A DNA stretch of 64,000 bases from Nitrospinia bacterium (lineage in GTDB: Bacteria; Nitrospinota; Nitrospinia; Nitrospinales; JAJDAT01), in assembly GCA_029261715.1 (NCBI GenBank), contig JAJDAT010000016.1, forward strand, positions 301,885-365,884, read 5' to 3'. Of the stretch, positions 1 to 9,057 are shown piece after piece. The notes below the pieces were generated by a model. It had not been told where the DNA came from, made no database searches, and saw only the letters and a program-made list of their open reading frames with translations. The position numbers and the translations under genes are program-made. The first letter of the stretch is position 1. Each line of letters begins with the position of its first letter.

Positions 1-376
1 AAACAGCCAAGGCAACATTAATATAAACACCAAATGTTAGCAAATAAAACAACGTGGCCTGTTCAACGGGAGAAATCATCCTTATAAAGAATCCACAAAT
101 GAGAGCCAAAACAATATTTGCCAAGGGTCCCGCTATGGAAACGTACATCAAGTCTTTTCTGGGATTCACAAAATTACGGGCATCTACCGGAACGGGCTTG
201 GCCCAACCAAATCCCATAAAATAAAAGAATAAAACCCCAATAGGATCTAAATGTTTTAGCGGGTTAAAACTTAATCTCCCCAGCATTTTTGCCGTCGGGT
301 CACCTAACATAAAAGCCACTCGACCATGCGAGTACTCGTGAATCGTTAGAGAGAACAAAATGATCGGCGTCATCAT
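1..376 (-). CDS. M50-family (site-2-protease-like) zinc metalloprotease; only the N-terminal part is in the window and the gene runs off the left edge
   Basis: Absent from the ORF track because there is no stop in the window. My reverse-strand translation from the ATG at 376 reads MMTPIILFSLTIHEYSHGRVAFMLGDPTAKMLGRLSFNPLKHLDPIGVLFFYFMGFGWAKPVPVD. This gives HExxH inside a hydrophobic helix followed by an NPxxHLDPxG-type segment, typical of M50 peptidases. TTG at 400 is an alternative start. Confidence 0.6.
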   Translation of the reverse strand, partial: MMTPIILFSLTIHEYSHGRVAFMLGDPTAKMLGRLSFNPLKHLDPIGVLFFYFMGFGWAKPVPVDARNFVNPRKDLMYVSIAGPLANIVLALICGFFIRMISPVEQATLFYLLTFGVYINVALAV

Positions 377-487
377 TACCAATAGCTGTGATTTAGTCAA
401 CAAAACCTCAACATAAGAAACGTATTAGCTGGTTTAAATAAAGGGGATTGTTTTATTGGGAAAGCGAGTTGCGCGGTACAAATCGAC

Positions 488-2431
488 TTAGCTACCGACT
501 TTTTGATCCAATAATGCAGACAAAAAATCCGGCAAAGTTTTACCCAAACTATAAGAAATTTTAGCGTACTTTCTGGCGTTTTCATAATCTTTTAATAAGT
601 AGAACGCAACGGCTAAATTTAAATTTGAATTGCCGTCTTTTGGAGCTACTTGGACCGCCATTTTTAGGGCTTCAACCGATTGATCGTACCGCCCTAGTTC
701 TCCATATAAAGCGCCAATGTTATTCCAGGGCTCGCTAAAATCAGGCCGAATTTCCGCTGCCCTTAGAAAAAACGCCAATCCAGATGGGAGTTTGCCAAGT
801 CGAACATTTAACAAACCGCTGGCAATATGGGCTTCTACCGCGAATGGTTCCACCTCAATGGAACGCGCTAATAATTCCTCAGCTTCTTTGTATTTATTTA
901 ATTCGATTTTAACGCTAGCGAGGTTAGTCAATGTGTCATGGTTTCGGGGATCTAACTTCAAAGCCTTGACTAATACGCTTTCGGCTTGTTTGAACTGTCT
1001 CTGTCCGTGATAAACCATGCCCAAATTGGAATGGGCTTTAACATTTTGGGAGTTGATCGCTATAGCTCTTTTAAACGTTAAAATCGCCTGTATCGGGTCT
1101 TTTTTATCCATATAGGAAATACCTAACCCATTCAAAGCCCGAGAACTCATAGGAAAAACTTTTGTTGCCTGTTCCCACAAAGCGCCAGAAGTTCTCCAAT
1201 CTAAATTACGGCGACTAACCATTAACGAAAATACGCATAAAATCAAAATCCCAATATAAATAGCTAAATTAGGAAAATTTTCATTCCATCTGACCAAAAT
1301 CAATCGAAAACACTCCGAAATTACGAGAACGCCTCCCACTAGAGGGAAATACAAATAACGCTCGGCAATCGGGTTAGCGATCGGATAAATATTCATTGTG
1401 GGCGCCAAAGCTATTAAAAACCAAAACCAACCGAATAAAAGCTTTTTATTATAACTACGCCAAATTCCAAAAGAGATTCCAGTAAATAATCCTAGAGAAA
1501 GAAGACTGCGCGCAATTTCCCATCCAACCGCTTTTGGAAATACATACGCCACTGTCAGAGGGAATGGGAAAAATAGCAATTTGAGATAATATCCAGCAAT
1601 AGAAATTCCCGTTAAAGAGCGTGTCCAAATATCGATAGGCTCAAGAGGATTTGGGTTTGGGTTTTTGAACCAAACAAACCGAAGAAAAACATACCCCAAA
1701 AAAGCAATCGTCAAAAACAAACCAAATCGAATTTCGCTTTTTCTGAGTTCAATTTTATTTGCACCACTCGCTAACAAAAAAGTTGCCGGAAAAAGCAAAA
1801 GCAATACCATGCCATTTTCTTTAGAAAGCATGGCTAAAACAAAAAATAAAATCGAAAGCCACTGATTTATCCAGTTTCTTTGGGAAAACTTAGAAGAAGC
1901 TTTTAGAGAATTCCAAAAAAAAAGCAGCGATCCTAAACCAAAAAATGTCGTTAAAAGTTCTTCCCGAAATCCTACCGCATTGACCGCTTCAGTCGTCACT
2001 GGATGGACGGCAAATAAAGCCGACGCAAATAAGGCCCAGAAAATATCATTAAAGATTCTTCTGAATAAAACGAAAATTAATATCGAAACGCTTAAGTGCA
2101 GAACTATATTTGTAAAGTGGAATCCTGCAGACGAAAATCCCCAAAGAAAAAAATCCGCAAAGTAAGTTAAAGTGACAATTGGTCGATAACTCGCTTCTCC
2201 AAACCTTGCAAAATAACTGAGATCAAATATAGAAGGAAGGTAGGAAAGGTTCTTTATATAATAATTTTCAACAACAACAGAGAAGTCGTCGTATGAAAAT
2301 TCGTTTAACAAAGAACTTTTATAAATTAGAAAACTAAAACAAACGAGAACTAATAGAAACGGCAATGAAGATTTAGATGAATCAACATTGGGGAAGTTCA
2401 AGTCTCCCTCAGATCTTTCGGGTTTTGGCAT
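488..2431 (-). CDS. TMTC/PMT_2-like polytopic membrane glycosyltransferase fused to C-terminal TPR repeats
   Basis: 647-aa ORF. The N-terminal ~430 aa contain many TM helices with YDD...N...YRP...FH..N..LH motifs like protein O-mannosyltransferase/TMTC proteins. The C-terminal ~200 aa are canonical 34-aa TPRs (A..NLG..Y...G....A...). Its 5' end overlaps the stop of the upstream GT2 gene by 23 nt. Confidence 0.65.
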   Translation of the reverse strand: MPKPERSEGDLNFPNVDSSKSSLPFLLVLVCFSFLIYKSSLLNEFSYDDFSVVVENYYIKNLSYLPSIFDLSYFARFGEASYRPIVTLTYFADFFLWGFSSAGFHFTNIVLHLSVSILIFVLFRRIFNDIFWALFASALFAVHPVTTEAVNAVGFREELLTTFFGLGSLLFFWNSLKASSKFSQRNWINQWLSILFFVLAMLSKENGMVLLLLFPATFLLASGANKIELRKSEIRFGLFLTIAFLGYVFLRFVWFKNPNPNPLEPIDIWTRSLTGISIAGYYLKLLFFPFPLTVAYVFPKAVGWEIARSLLSLGLFTGISFGIWRSYNKKLLFGWFWFLIALAPTMNIYPIANPIAERYLYFPLVGGVLVISECFRLILVRWNENFPNLAIYIGILILCVFSLMVSRRNLDWRTSGALWEQATKVFPMSSRALNGLGISYMDKKDPIQAILTFKRAIAINSQNVKAHSNLGMVYHGQRQFKQAESVLVKALKLDPRNHDTLTNLASVKIELNKYKEAEELLARSIEVEPFAVEAHIASGLLNVRLGKLPSGLAFFLRAAEIRPDFSEPWNNIGALYGELGRYDQSVEALKMAVQVAPKDGNSNLNLAVAFYLLKDYENARKYAKISYSLGKTLPDFLSALLDQKVGS

Positions 2432-3149
2432 ATTTTAGGAAGGTGTAATAACTGGCCGAAATTGCGAGAAAAAACCCAAGGAAACCTTCGCGAAATCCTT
2501 GTTTCAAAAAATACATCTTGAAAAAAGCTAGAGGAGGCCTCAAAACTAAATCCATACATGTAGCCTCATTTCCATTAGCGCTGCTTTGTTCCGCCGCTAA
2601 TGTAGAATAACGATTTTGCCTTTCCACATAATCAGCCATATCTCGATAAGAATAATGCTCCAAGGGCGATTTCAAAAAACCATATCGAGTATCGGGTTTT
2701 AGCCCCTCATGAACTAAGTTTTCTGAAAACGCTATCTGGGTTTTATCATACAATCGCGCTATATAGTCAGGATACCAACCTCCATGTTGCACCCACCGAG
2801 ATCCGAAATAATTTTTTCTCGGAACTTTATAAAGTGGAAACTCTAGCTCATTATCGAGGAGACTTCGGATTTCGTTTGCCAGTTCAGGACTGACCACTTC
2901 ATCTGAGTCAATATTTAGAACCCATTTATGGCTTGATTTTTCAGCACAGATATTCTTTTGCCGTCCGAAACCATTCCACTTAACTTGGAAAACACTATTC
3001 GTATACTCCCGACAAATCTCTTCTGTACGATCGTCGCTAAACCCGTCGATCACAACAATTTCATCGGCCCATTTAACGCTTTCGAGGCATCTTTGAATGT
3101 TTTTTTCCTCGTTATACGCAATTATAATAACGGAAATTTTCTCCGCCAC
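2409..3149 (-). CDS. Family 2 glycosyltransferase (small WaaE/KdtX-like type)
   Basis: ISVIIIAYNEEKNIQRCLESV...DEIVVIDGFSDDRT...NIDSDE gives the GT-A fold DxD signature. GTG start. Confidence 0.8.
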   Translation of the reverse strand: MAEKISVIIIAYNEEKNIQRCLESVKWADEIVVIDGFSDDRTEEICREYTNSVFQVKWNGFGRQKNICAEKSSHKWVLNIDSDEVVSPELANEIRSLLDNELEFPLYKVPRKNYFGSRWVQHGGWYPDYIARLYDKTQIAFSENLVHEGLKPDTRYGFLKSPLEHYSYRDMADYVERQNRYSTLAAEQSSANGNEATCMDLVLRPPLAFFKMYFLKQGFREGFLGFFLAISASYYTFLKYAKTRKI

Positions 3150-3543
3150 GATATCCTCCTAGATGAATTCGTTAAAACAGACTTTAACTTACAACAAAAA
3201 GCTTGCAACTTTTTGAATTATTTACTGATACCCAAATTTATTCCCTTGAAATTCAAATTATTGTGGTAATATGATCTAATCATTTATCTAGGAAAAGATA
3301 AATACCGCAAATTCAATACGTAACGTCAAAATTGAGCGCAAAAAACTATAATGATTTGGACGGTAAGAAAATATCCTTATAAAGGGAAATAATCCAACTT
3401 TAATTTAAGAGAGCTTCTAATAATTAGCATTTTTACTGGTTTGTTTTCGTCTAATCCTCTACTGCAGTGGCTAGGCTCCCGGAAAATTTGATTTTTTAGA
3501 GGTCCCCTTAAGGCAAATTTTTCTAGTAAACACGGTCGTTTTA

Positions 3544-5802
3544 ATGTCGAAAAATCACAAAGCGTGGAAAAAACTTTTACCGTGCTTAGCCCTGTCGGCC
3601 ATTCTTATATTTTGCGCCGCAATGCGCTTCCCTGCCGACGCAATTTCTCCAAAGCCAGCAACTATCCAAGCTTCTACTGGAGATTATTTTAACTTAGCTT
3701 ACGAAAAAACCCTTGAGTTTGTCCAACCTCTTTGGGAAAAAGTTAAATTATTTTCCGATCAGCCTAAAGATTGGAACGAAATTTCCCAAAATCTCATTCA
3801 ATACGCAAAAGAAAAACCTTTGATGGCTGCGGCGGTTGGAGGAGGGATCATTTGGATTCCTTTTGGTTTGTTTAGGGCTTTTCGTTCTAGAAATGAAGAA
3901 GAAGAAAATCCTGAATACGACGAATTCATGAGTAGTGAATTTGAAGAAGAGGAAGAGGACGAAGAAGACGAGTTTGAAGAAGATGATGAAGATGGAACTG
4001 ACGACGAAGAGGAATACCAAAAAAATCTACGCGAATTTAACGAAGACGATGAAGAAGAAACCGAAGAAGAGATTTTAGAAGAAGCCGCTCTGCTTGAAGA
4101 AGAAACCGAAGAAGAGGTTTTAGAAGAAGCCACCCTGCTTGAAAGTGAAACAGACGAAGAGACTTTAGAAGAAGCCGCTCTACTTGAAGATGAAACCGAA
4201 GAAGAAGTTTTTGAGGACTTCGAATCGGAATCTCTTGAAGATAACGATGACGACTTTGGGTTTCTTGAAGAAGACGAAAATGATGATTTACTCTTCGAAG
4301 ATGAAGAAGAAGACGAATTTGCGGCCCTTCGCGAAGAAGAAGACTTAAGCGAAGACGATGAATTCTCTGACATCTTTTCCGAATCTACCTCAGACGACGA
4401 AATCACAGATCCTGTACCAGCAAAGAGTTTTACCTCCGACACTGATAATAGCGACGATATTCTTAAAAAACTAGAAAATGAATTCGCTTCTTTAGAAAGC
4501 GAATTTAGCGAAGTCGACGATTTTATAGATCAAGAAAATAAGAAAAGCGATCCCATTAATATTTCAGATGATGTTGATTCTGGTTCTGAAAAAACGCTTA
4601 GCCACGAAGGAGAAGTCTCATCTGAAGTTGATCAATTACTAAGCGCTAGCGAATCGCTATCCAATTTGGATTCTACTTCCGCCAAAGACCTGACATCCGA
4701 TCCATTTGAGAGTAAAGAACTTCCCTCAAATATAATGGATATCATTAATAAAGAAGCGGTAATGTCGGATCCGGTTAGCTCAGATCATGTTGGCTCAGAT
4801 TCCACAGCGTCACCGTCCAAAAAATTTGAAATTGAAAGTTTAGAAGACGAAGAAGAACTGGATCAAACCTTAAAAGATCTACAAGCCGAAATGGAGCAAA
4901 CAATCCAAGAGATTTCGTCTCAGATCGGTTCAGAACCTCAATATCATAGCGACGAAGAAACTGAGGCTCACACCACTTCCGATACTTCTTCTATCGAGGA
5001 AGAAACTCTCGACGATTCACCTTTTCAAAGCGCTCCAAATTTGGCCGAAGAGGAAAACGATGAATCAGACTTAGAAGAAATACTTCAGAAAGCCGAAGAG
5101 GAAGCAGAGAAGGACTTAAAAGATCTACTCCCAGTAAGCAACGTTTTTCTTGAGGAAGAATCTAATGAACCGACAATTGTTGAGGATACCCTCTCCGAAA
5201 CCCAAACAATTCCCGACACCGTTGAAGAAACTTTTAAAGACGTATTTGCCGAAGCGTTGGACACCAACACTTTTCAAGAGATAGAGTCGGAAGAAGAAAT
5301 AGAAGACCATGATCTAACTACTACAGGATTGGAAGCGGCAAGTGTAGACGAAATTATTAGTTTTGTTGAAAATGAAAATCTGCAAGAAACCAATTTTACA
5401 GATCCGATTATAGCCGAAGAAAAACCCGTTGAGCTGCCAGATTTAATTGAAGAATCTCCCGAAGCATTTGATCCGTTATTACCCGCTTTGGACGCTGCAA
5501 CTCATGAAGAAAAAACACTAAAGCCGGAAGACAAACAAATTGATTCCGTTAAGGCTAATAGTTATATTAAAAGCTTGGGAGCTTTCCAAAGAAATTTGGA
5601 AAATCGGTTAAATACGCTTAAATATTTTCCTCCAATAGAAGAAGCAAAAACACCTACTCCTAAAGCTCAGGAATTTGAAGCTGAAGAACCTGTTTTAACA
5701 AACGAACCTGACATTGATTTTGATCATATAGGCGAAAGCCCTGAAAAAAAATATTCTCTAGAATTAATGGAATCATTCATTCTTCTTGATAATCAAAAAT
5801 AA
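3544..5802 (+). CDS. Membrane-anchored polyacidic (Asp/Glu-rich) low-complexity protein
   Basis: 752-aa ORF. It has a signal-like N-terminus (LLPCLALSAILIFCAAMRFPADA), a second TM helix (PLMAAAVGGGIIWIPFGLFRAF), then ~640 aa dominated by D/E/S/T with internal 15-aa tandem repeats. Antisense ORFs in the track are complement artefacts of GAA/GAG runs. Confidence 0.7.
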   Translation: MSKNHKAWKKLLPCLALSAILIFCAAMRFPADAISPKPATIQASTGDYFNLAYEKTLEFVQPLWEKVKLFSDQPKDWNEISQNLIQYAKEKPLMAAAVGGGIIWIPFGLFRAFRSRNEEEENPEYDEFMSSEFEEEEEDEEDEFEEDDEDGTDDEEEYQKNLREFNEDDEEETEEEILEEAALLEEETEEEVLEEATLLESETDEETLEEAALLEDETEEEVFEDFESESLEDNDDDFGFLEEDENDDLLFEDEEEDEFAALREEEDLSEDDEFSDIFSESTSDDEITDPVPAKSFTSDTDNSDDILKKLENEFASLESEFSEVDDFIDQENKKSDPINISDDVDSGSEKTLSHEGEVSSEVDQLLSASESLSNLDSTSAKDLTSDPFESKELPSNIMDIINKEAVMSDPVSSDHVGSDSTASPSKKFEIESLEDEEELDQTLKDLQAEMEQTIQEISSQIGSEPQYHSDEETEAHTTSDTSSIEEETLDDSPFQSAPNLAEEENDESDLEEILQKAEEEAEKDLKDLLPVSNVFLEEESNEPTIVEDTLSETQTIPDTVEETFKDVFAEALDTNTFQEIESEEEIEDHDLTTTGLEAASVDEIISFVENENLQETNFTDPIIAEEKPVELPDLIEESPEAFDPLLPALDAATHEEKTLKPEDKQIDSVKANSYIKSLGAFQRNLENRLNTLKYFPPIEEAKTPTPKAQEFEAEEPVLTNEPDIDFDHIGESPEKKYSLELMESFILLDNQK
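4060..4230 (+). repeat. 45-nt (15-aa) in-frame tandem repeat, about 3.5 copies, inside the polyacidic gene
   Basis: The units are TEEEILEEAALLEEE / TEEEVLEEATLLESE / TDEETLEEAALLEDE / TEEEVFEDFESE. Units start at 4060, 4105, 4150 and 4195. Confidence 0.85.
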
Positions 5803-5848
5803 GTAAGGATTATTTAATATTGAATACCAGAACTCAAGAGTTAGCCAA

Positions 5849-6826
5849 ATGACCGCGCCAAGTAACATAATTACAATTGGAGGCGGCAAAGGGGGGATTG
5901 GCAAAAGCGTAATGTGTACCAACTTAGCGGTAGGCATGGCGCTCAGCGGCCACAAAGTCGTGTTAATGGACACCGACTACGGCGCATCCAATCTCCATGC
6001 ACTATTAGGAATTGGAAACCCTAAACGCGGTTTCGTGGACTTTTTCAACCACGATTCTGACGACGTAAATTCTATTCTGTTAGACACGGGTATTGAAAAC
6101 CTTAAGTTTGTGAGCGGCGCTGGAGATAATCCCGGTAGCGCAAATTTGGATTCAAATCATAAAGAGAAAATTCAATCTTTTATTAACAAACTAAATGCTG
6201 ACACAGTGTTTATCGATCTCGGACCTGGCACAAACTTTAACGTGCTCGATTACTACAACATAGGAACCCAAGGCGTCGTGTTAACCGTTCCTGAAATGCC
6301 TTCGGTATTAAACGCATTTAGTTTTATTAAAGCCGCTCTATTTCGAAAACTTGATCAAGAGTTCATTGAATATCCGTTTTTTTCGGAATTGGTCAACGTG
6401 GTGCAAAACTCCGAAGAAGCCAATCAAATGTATTCGATTGAAAAACTAAAAGAACGCGTTGACGCACGTGAACCTTATATGATTCCACGTTTTGAAGAAG
6501 TTGTCGCATCTTTCCGTCCGAACCTTGTAATGAATCGAGTTCGTCGCCAACAAGATCTAATTTTGGGACAAAACTTGAAAAAGTTAGCGAAAAAATACCT
6601 AGACGTTGATATAGATTATTTAGGCTACGTGGTTGAAAGCGAACGAGTGAGAGATTCTGTCAACGACATGATCCCTTTTTTAATTAAAGACCCTCAAAGC
6701 AAACCTTCCGAAAACTTACAAAAAGTAATCGGTGGCCTCACTAATTCAGACATTCATCTGGTTAAAAAAGACGGCACGATATTCGTCTCCAAACAAGTCC
6801 GCCTATCCTCTGGTTGGGGTAAGTAA
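5849..6826 (+). CDS. ParA/MinD-family P-loop ATPase
   Basis: Deviant Walker A with signature lysine GGGKGGIGKS, then VVLMDTDYGASNLH (Walker A'/switch) and TVFIDLGPG (Walker B-like). It starts 47 nt after the polyacidic gene on the same strand. Confidence 0.8.
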   Translation: MTAPSNIITIGGGKGGIGKSVMCTNLAVGMALSGHKVVLMDTDYGASNLHALLGIGNPKRGFVDFFNHDSDDVNSILLDTGIENLKFVSGAGDNPGSANLDSNHKEKIQSFINKLNADTVFIDLGPGTNFNVLDYYNIGTQGVVLTVPEMPSVLNAFSFIKAALFRKLDQEFIEYPFFSELVNVVQNSEEANQMYSIEKLKERVDAREPYMIPRFEEVVASFRPNLVMNRVRRQQDLILGQNLKKLAKKYLDVDIDYLGYVVESERVRDSVNDMIPFLIKDPQSKPSENLQKVIGGLTNSDIHLVKKDGTIFVSKQVRLSSGWGK

Positions 6827-6940
6827 CTTTTCACTTACTATTACGTCCCATCGATTAACTGATCATTGAAATAGGCAACAAGCTGATCTTTCCCCCAGTC
6901 TATTTGGTATAGATTCACGAGAGTTGGATGGGTGTGTTGG

Positions 6941-8173
6941 TCAACATGGACGATCAGCGCCCGCGACTATCCCATCTTCTATTTTGCCTATTTCCGGTGT
7001 CGTGGTGAATTTACTTGCGGCGATGCGGAACAGAGACCGATGACCAAACCTCCTCCATAACAGACGCTGTACATACACTAGCTTGGGATTGTGTTCCTCC
7101 TTCTCAATAATAGCCCGAGCGATAATATCCTTCCAAGTCTCCCCCTCCTTCAAACCCTCATCATGATCAATGGCATCTTTATATTTTGAGTGCAAAGCTT
7201 CAAGCGTTGCTCGGGTTGGGACTTCATCATCAGAAAATACGACACCAAGCATGGCTGTCCAATAACATTTGATAGCATGTTTCTGTTGAAAGGCGGGAAT
7301 TCGGTTGGAAATCTGTTCCATACCATGCAGTGAAGTAATCAGGTGGAGGACCAGAAAGTCTCCCGGCTTAGCCAAGTAAAAAAGAGTTAAACCTTCATAA
7401 AGTTCGTTCCATATGGATGCCATGTCCAAATTATCTATCCAGGCTGGTGTTGTGTGAATCAGTGGATGTCCCTCTGCCAGTACCTTTGCGATATCATTTT
7501 GAAATCCAGTTATGGCGAGTTCCGGATGAAAGCCGGAAGATGCGCTGTATTTTTCATTGGTAAGAGTTGCTTCTCGCCAATTGTTGAGCGCTTCGCCATC
7601 TACTTCCCATGCTTCAGCAATATGAAGTAGCGAGCCAAGTACTGACTTGTCTGCATCCGAACCTAGGGCAGAGGAAAAAGTTTTTTCAGGTTGGCACGAA
7701 ACATACGAAAATGCCATATATGCCAAGCCCTCAATGATCATCCAACGATTGCCCGAATCTAATGCCCAACCCAGGTGTATGGTCCCGTGCATGAGCGAAC
7801 CCACGCATCCTGGCAAGAGACTTGGAACATATTCTTCCAGTAGTCGCCCCATTCCCAGTTCTTTTTCCTTTTGATCAAAAAACTGGCAATAAGATATGAA
7901 ACTGCAATGCTTTCCAAAGTAATCCTGCCAATTGTCTTGAGTGATTTCACGCTCTGAGGTTTTCGGAGGTTCCAAGCCAAAACCATAAGTCGTGTACTTT
8001 GCATAATGGTTGTAATATTCCTTGATTCTTTGCGCAGATGCCTCAAGGCCTTTAAGGGCAACAACTCCCTGCTTAACATGATTAGTTAAGAAGCCGTTAA
8101 ATTCTATATGGTAAGACTGGTCGTTGAGCAATGTCTCGATTATTTCCAAATCTTTCTTTATCTCTATGGACAT
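6941..8173 (-). CDS. Questin-oxidase-like (DUF4243-type) protein, putative oxidoreductase
   Basis: 410-aa ORF. The N-terminal pattern YHIEFNGFLTNHVKQGVVALKGLEAS...IKEYY resembles my recollection of the questin oxidase family start (H.FFN..GFHNH..H.L.AL..LGA). The gene is visibly more GC-rich (47-50% in sampled 60-80 nt stretches) than its flanks. Confidence 0.4.
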   Translation of the reverse strand: MSIEIKKDLEIIETLLNDQSYHIEFNGFLTNHVKQGVVALKGLEASAQRIKEYYNHYAKYTTYGFGLEPPKTSEREITQDNWQDYFGKHCSFISYCQFFDQKEKELGMGRLLEEYVPSLLPGCVGSLMHGTIHLGWALDSGNRWMIIEGLAYMAFSYVSCQPEKTFSSALGSDADKSVLGSLLHIAEAWEVDGEALNNWREATLTNEKYSASSGFHPELAITGFQNDIAKVLAEGHPLIHTTPAWIDNLDMASIWNELYEGLTLFYLAKPGDFLVLHLITSLHGMEQISNRIPAFQQKHAIKCYWTAMLGVVFSDDEVPTRATLEALHSKYKDAIDHDEGLKEGETWKDIIARAIIEKEEHNPKLVYVQRLLWRRFGHRSLFRIAASKFTTTPEIGKIEDGIVAGADRPC

Positions 8174-8342
8174 TATGATCTCCCTATTGATCGGTAAGCT
8201 AACTACTTAAACAAGTCTCCCTTCTAACTAACGCAGAGCAATAAAACTCATTCTAGAAGAAACCCCAAGACCAGATTATAAAATTTTAGGGTGAAGCAGG
8301 CAATGAACCATCGTCAAAAAGTTGCGAAAAGTCATCAACGTT

Positions 8343-9005
8343 CTACTTGAGTTCTTTATAAACCTTAAGAATGGAAATTAAAATTAGGATTGGGGACACT
8401 AATGAATAAAGAAGATAGAGCGGCTTTACAAAAGAAAACAAGGTGGCCAGCGAAACGGTAGTAACAACCATGCTGGTGAATCCAAAGTAAAACTTCTTTG
8501 AAAGGGCGTATTGAGGGTTTTTATTTAACGCTTCTGAAGACTGCTTAAGAGTCCAAGCTCTAGCGGACGTCAAAAACCCAACCAAAATAATTCCTACGGC
8601 CCCAGTTAATCCCAAAACAAAAAAATCTTCATCCATTTTGGAATAACCGATTACAACTCCAACGTGTACGACAGCGTAACAAACAGAGTCTAAAACACAA
8701 TCCATCCATGCTCCGAACTCACTGCTCATTTTTTTTGCTCGAGACAAATCGCCGTCCACTAAATCCAGCACAAAGGAAGCCTGAAGAAAAAGTACTCCAA
8801 TTAAAAAAGAGTTTGAAGTTCCAAGAGAGTATGAAAAACCCGATATAACGGCTAATAAAAAAGATACAAGAGTTACTTGGTTAGGCGTAGCGCGAGTTTC
8901 CGCAAGTACGGATACAATAGGCCATGAAAAAAGATTCCTATAGGAATAAATAATAATATCGTCTTTTCCTTTAGCGCACGCTTCTTTGACTTGTTTGTAC
9001 TTCAC
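8343..9005 (-). CDS. CDP-alcohol phosphatidyltransferase family protein (small, about 6 TM helices)
   Basis: The family signature D-x2-DG-x2-(A/S)R-x8-G-x3-D-x3-D is present as DLVDGDLSRAKKMSSEFGAWMDCVLD. The rest of the protein is hydrophobic. Confidence 0.8.
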   Translation of the reverse strand: MKYKQVKEACAKGKDDIIIYSYRNLFSWPIVSVLAETRATPNQVTLVSFLLAVISGFSYSLGTSNSFLIGVLFLQASFVLDLVDGDLSRAKKMSSEFGAWMDCVLDSVCYAVVHVGVVIGYSKMDEDFFVLGLTGAVGIILVGFLTSARAWTLKQSSEALNKNPQYALSKKFYFGFTSMVVTTVSLATLFSFVKPLYLLYSLVSPILILISILKVYKELK

Positions 9006-9057
9006 CGTTCTAAATCTCTTTCAATCAGGGGTTAAATTAATTTTTTCGTATTTTACT

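Noticed and set aside
3798-4442. 214-aa Ser-rich ORF (and the 3748-4020 ORF) antisense to the polyacidic gene
   Set aside because: Reverse-complement reading of GAA/GAG/GAC runs gives TTC/CTC/GTC, which produces Ser/Phe-rich low complexity. It lies entirely inside the longer sense ORF, which has a signal peptide, a TM helix and a coupled downstream gene. I treat it as an artefact.
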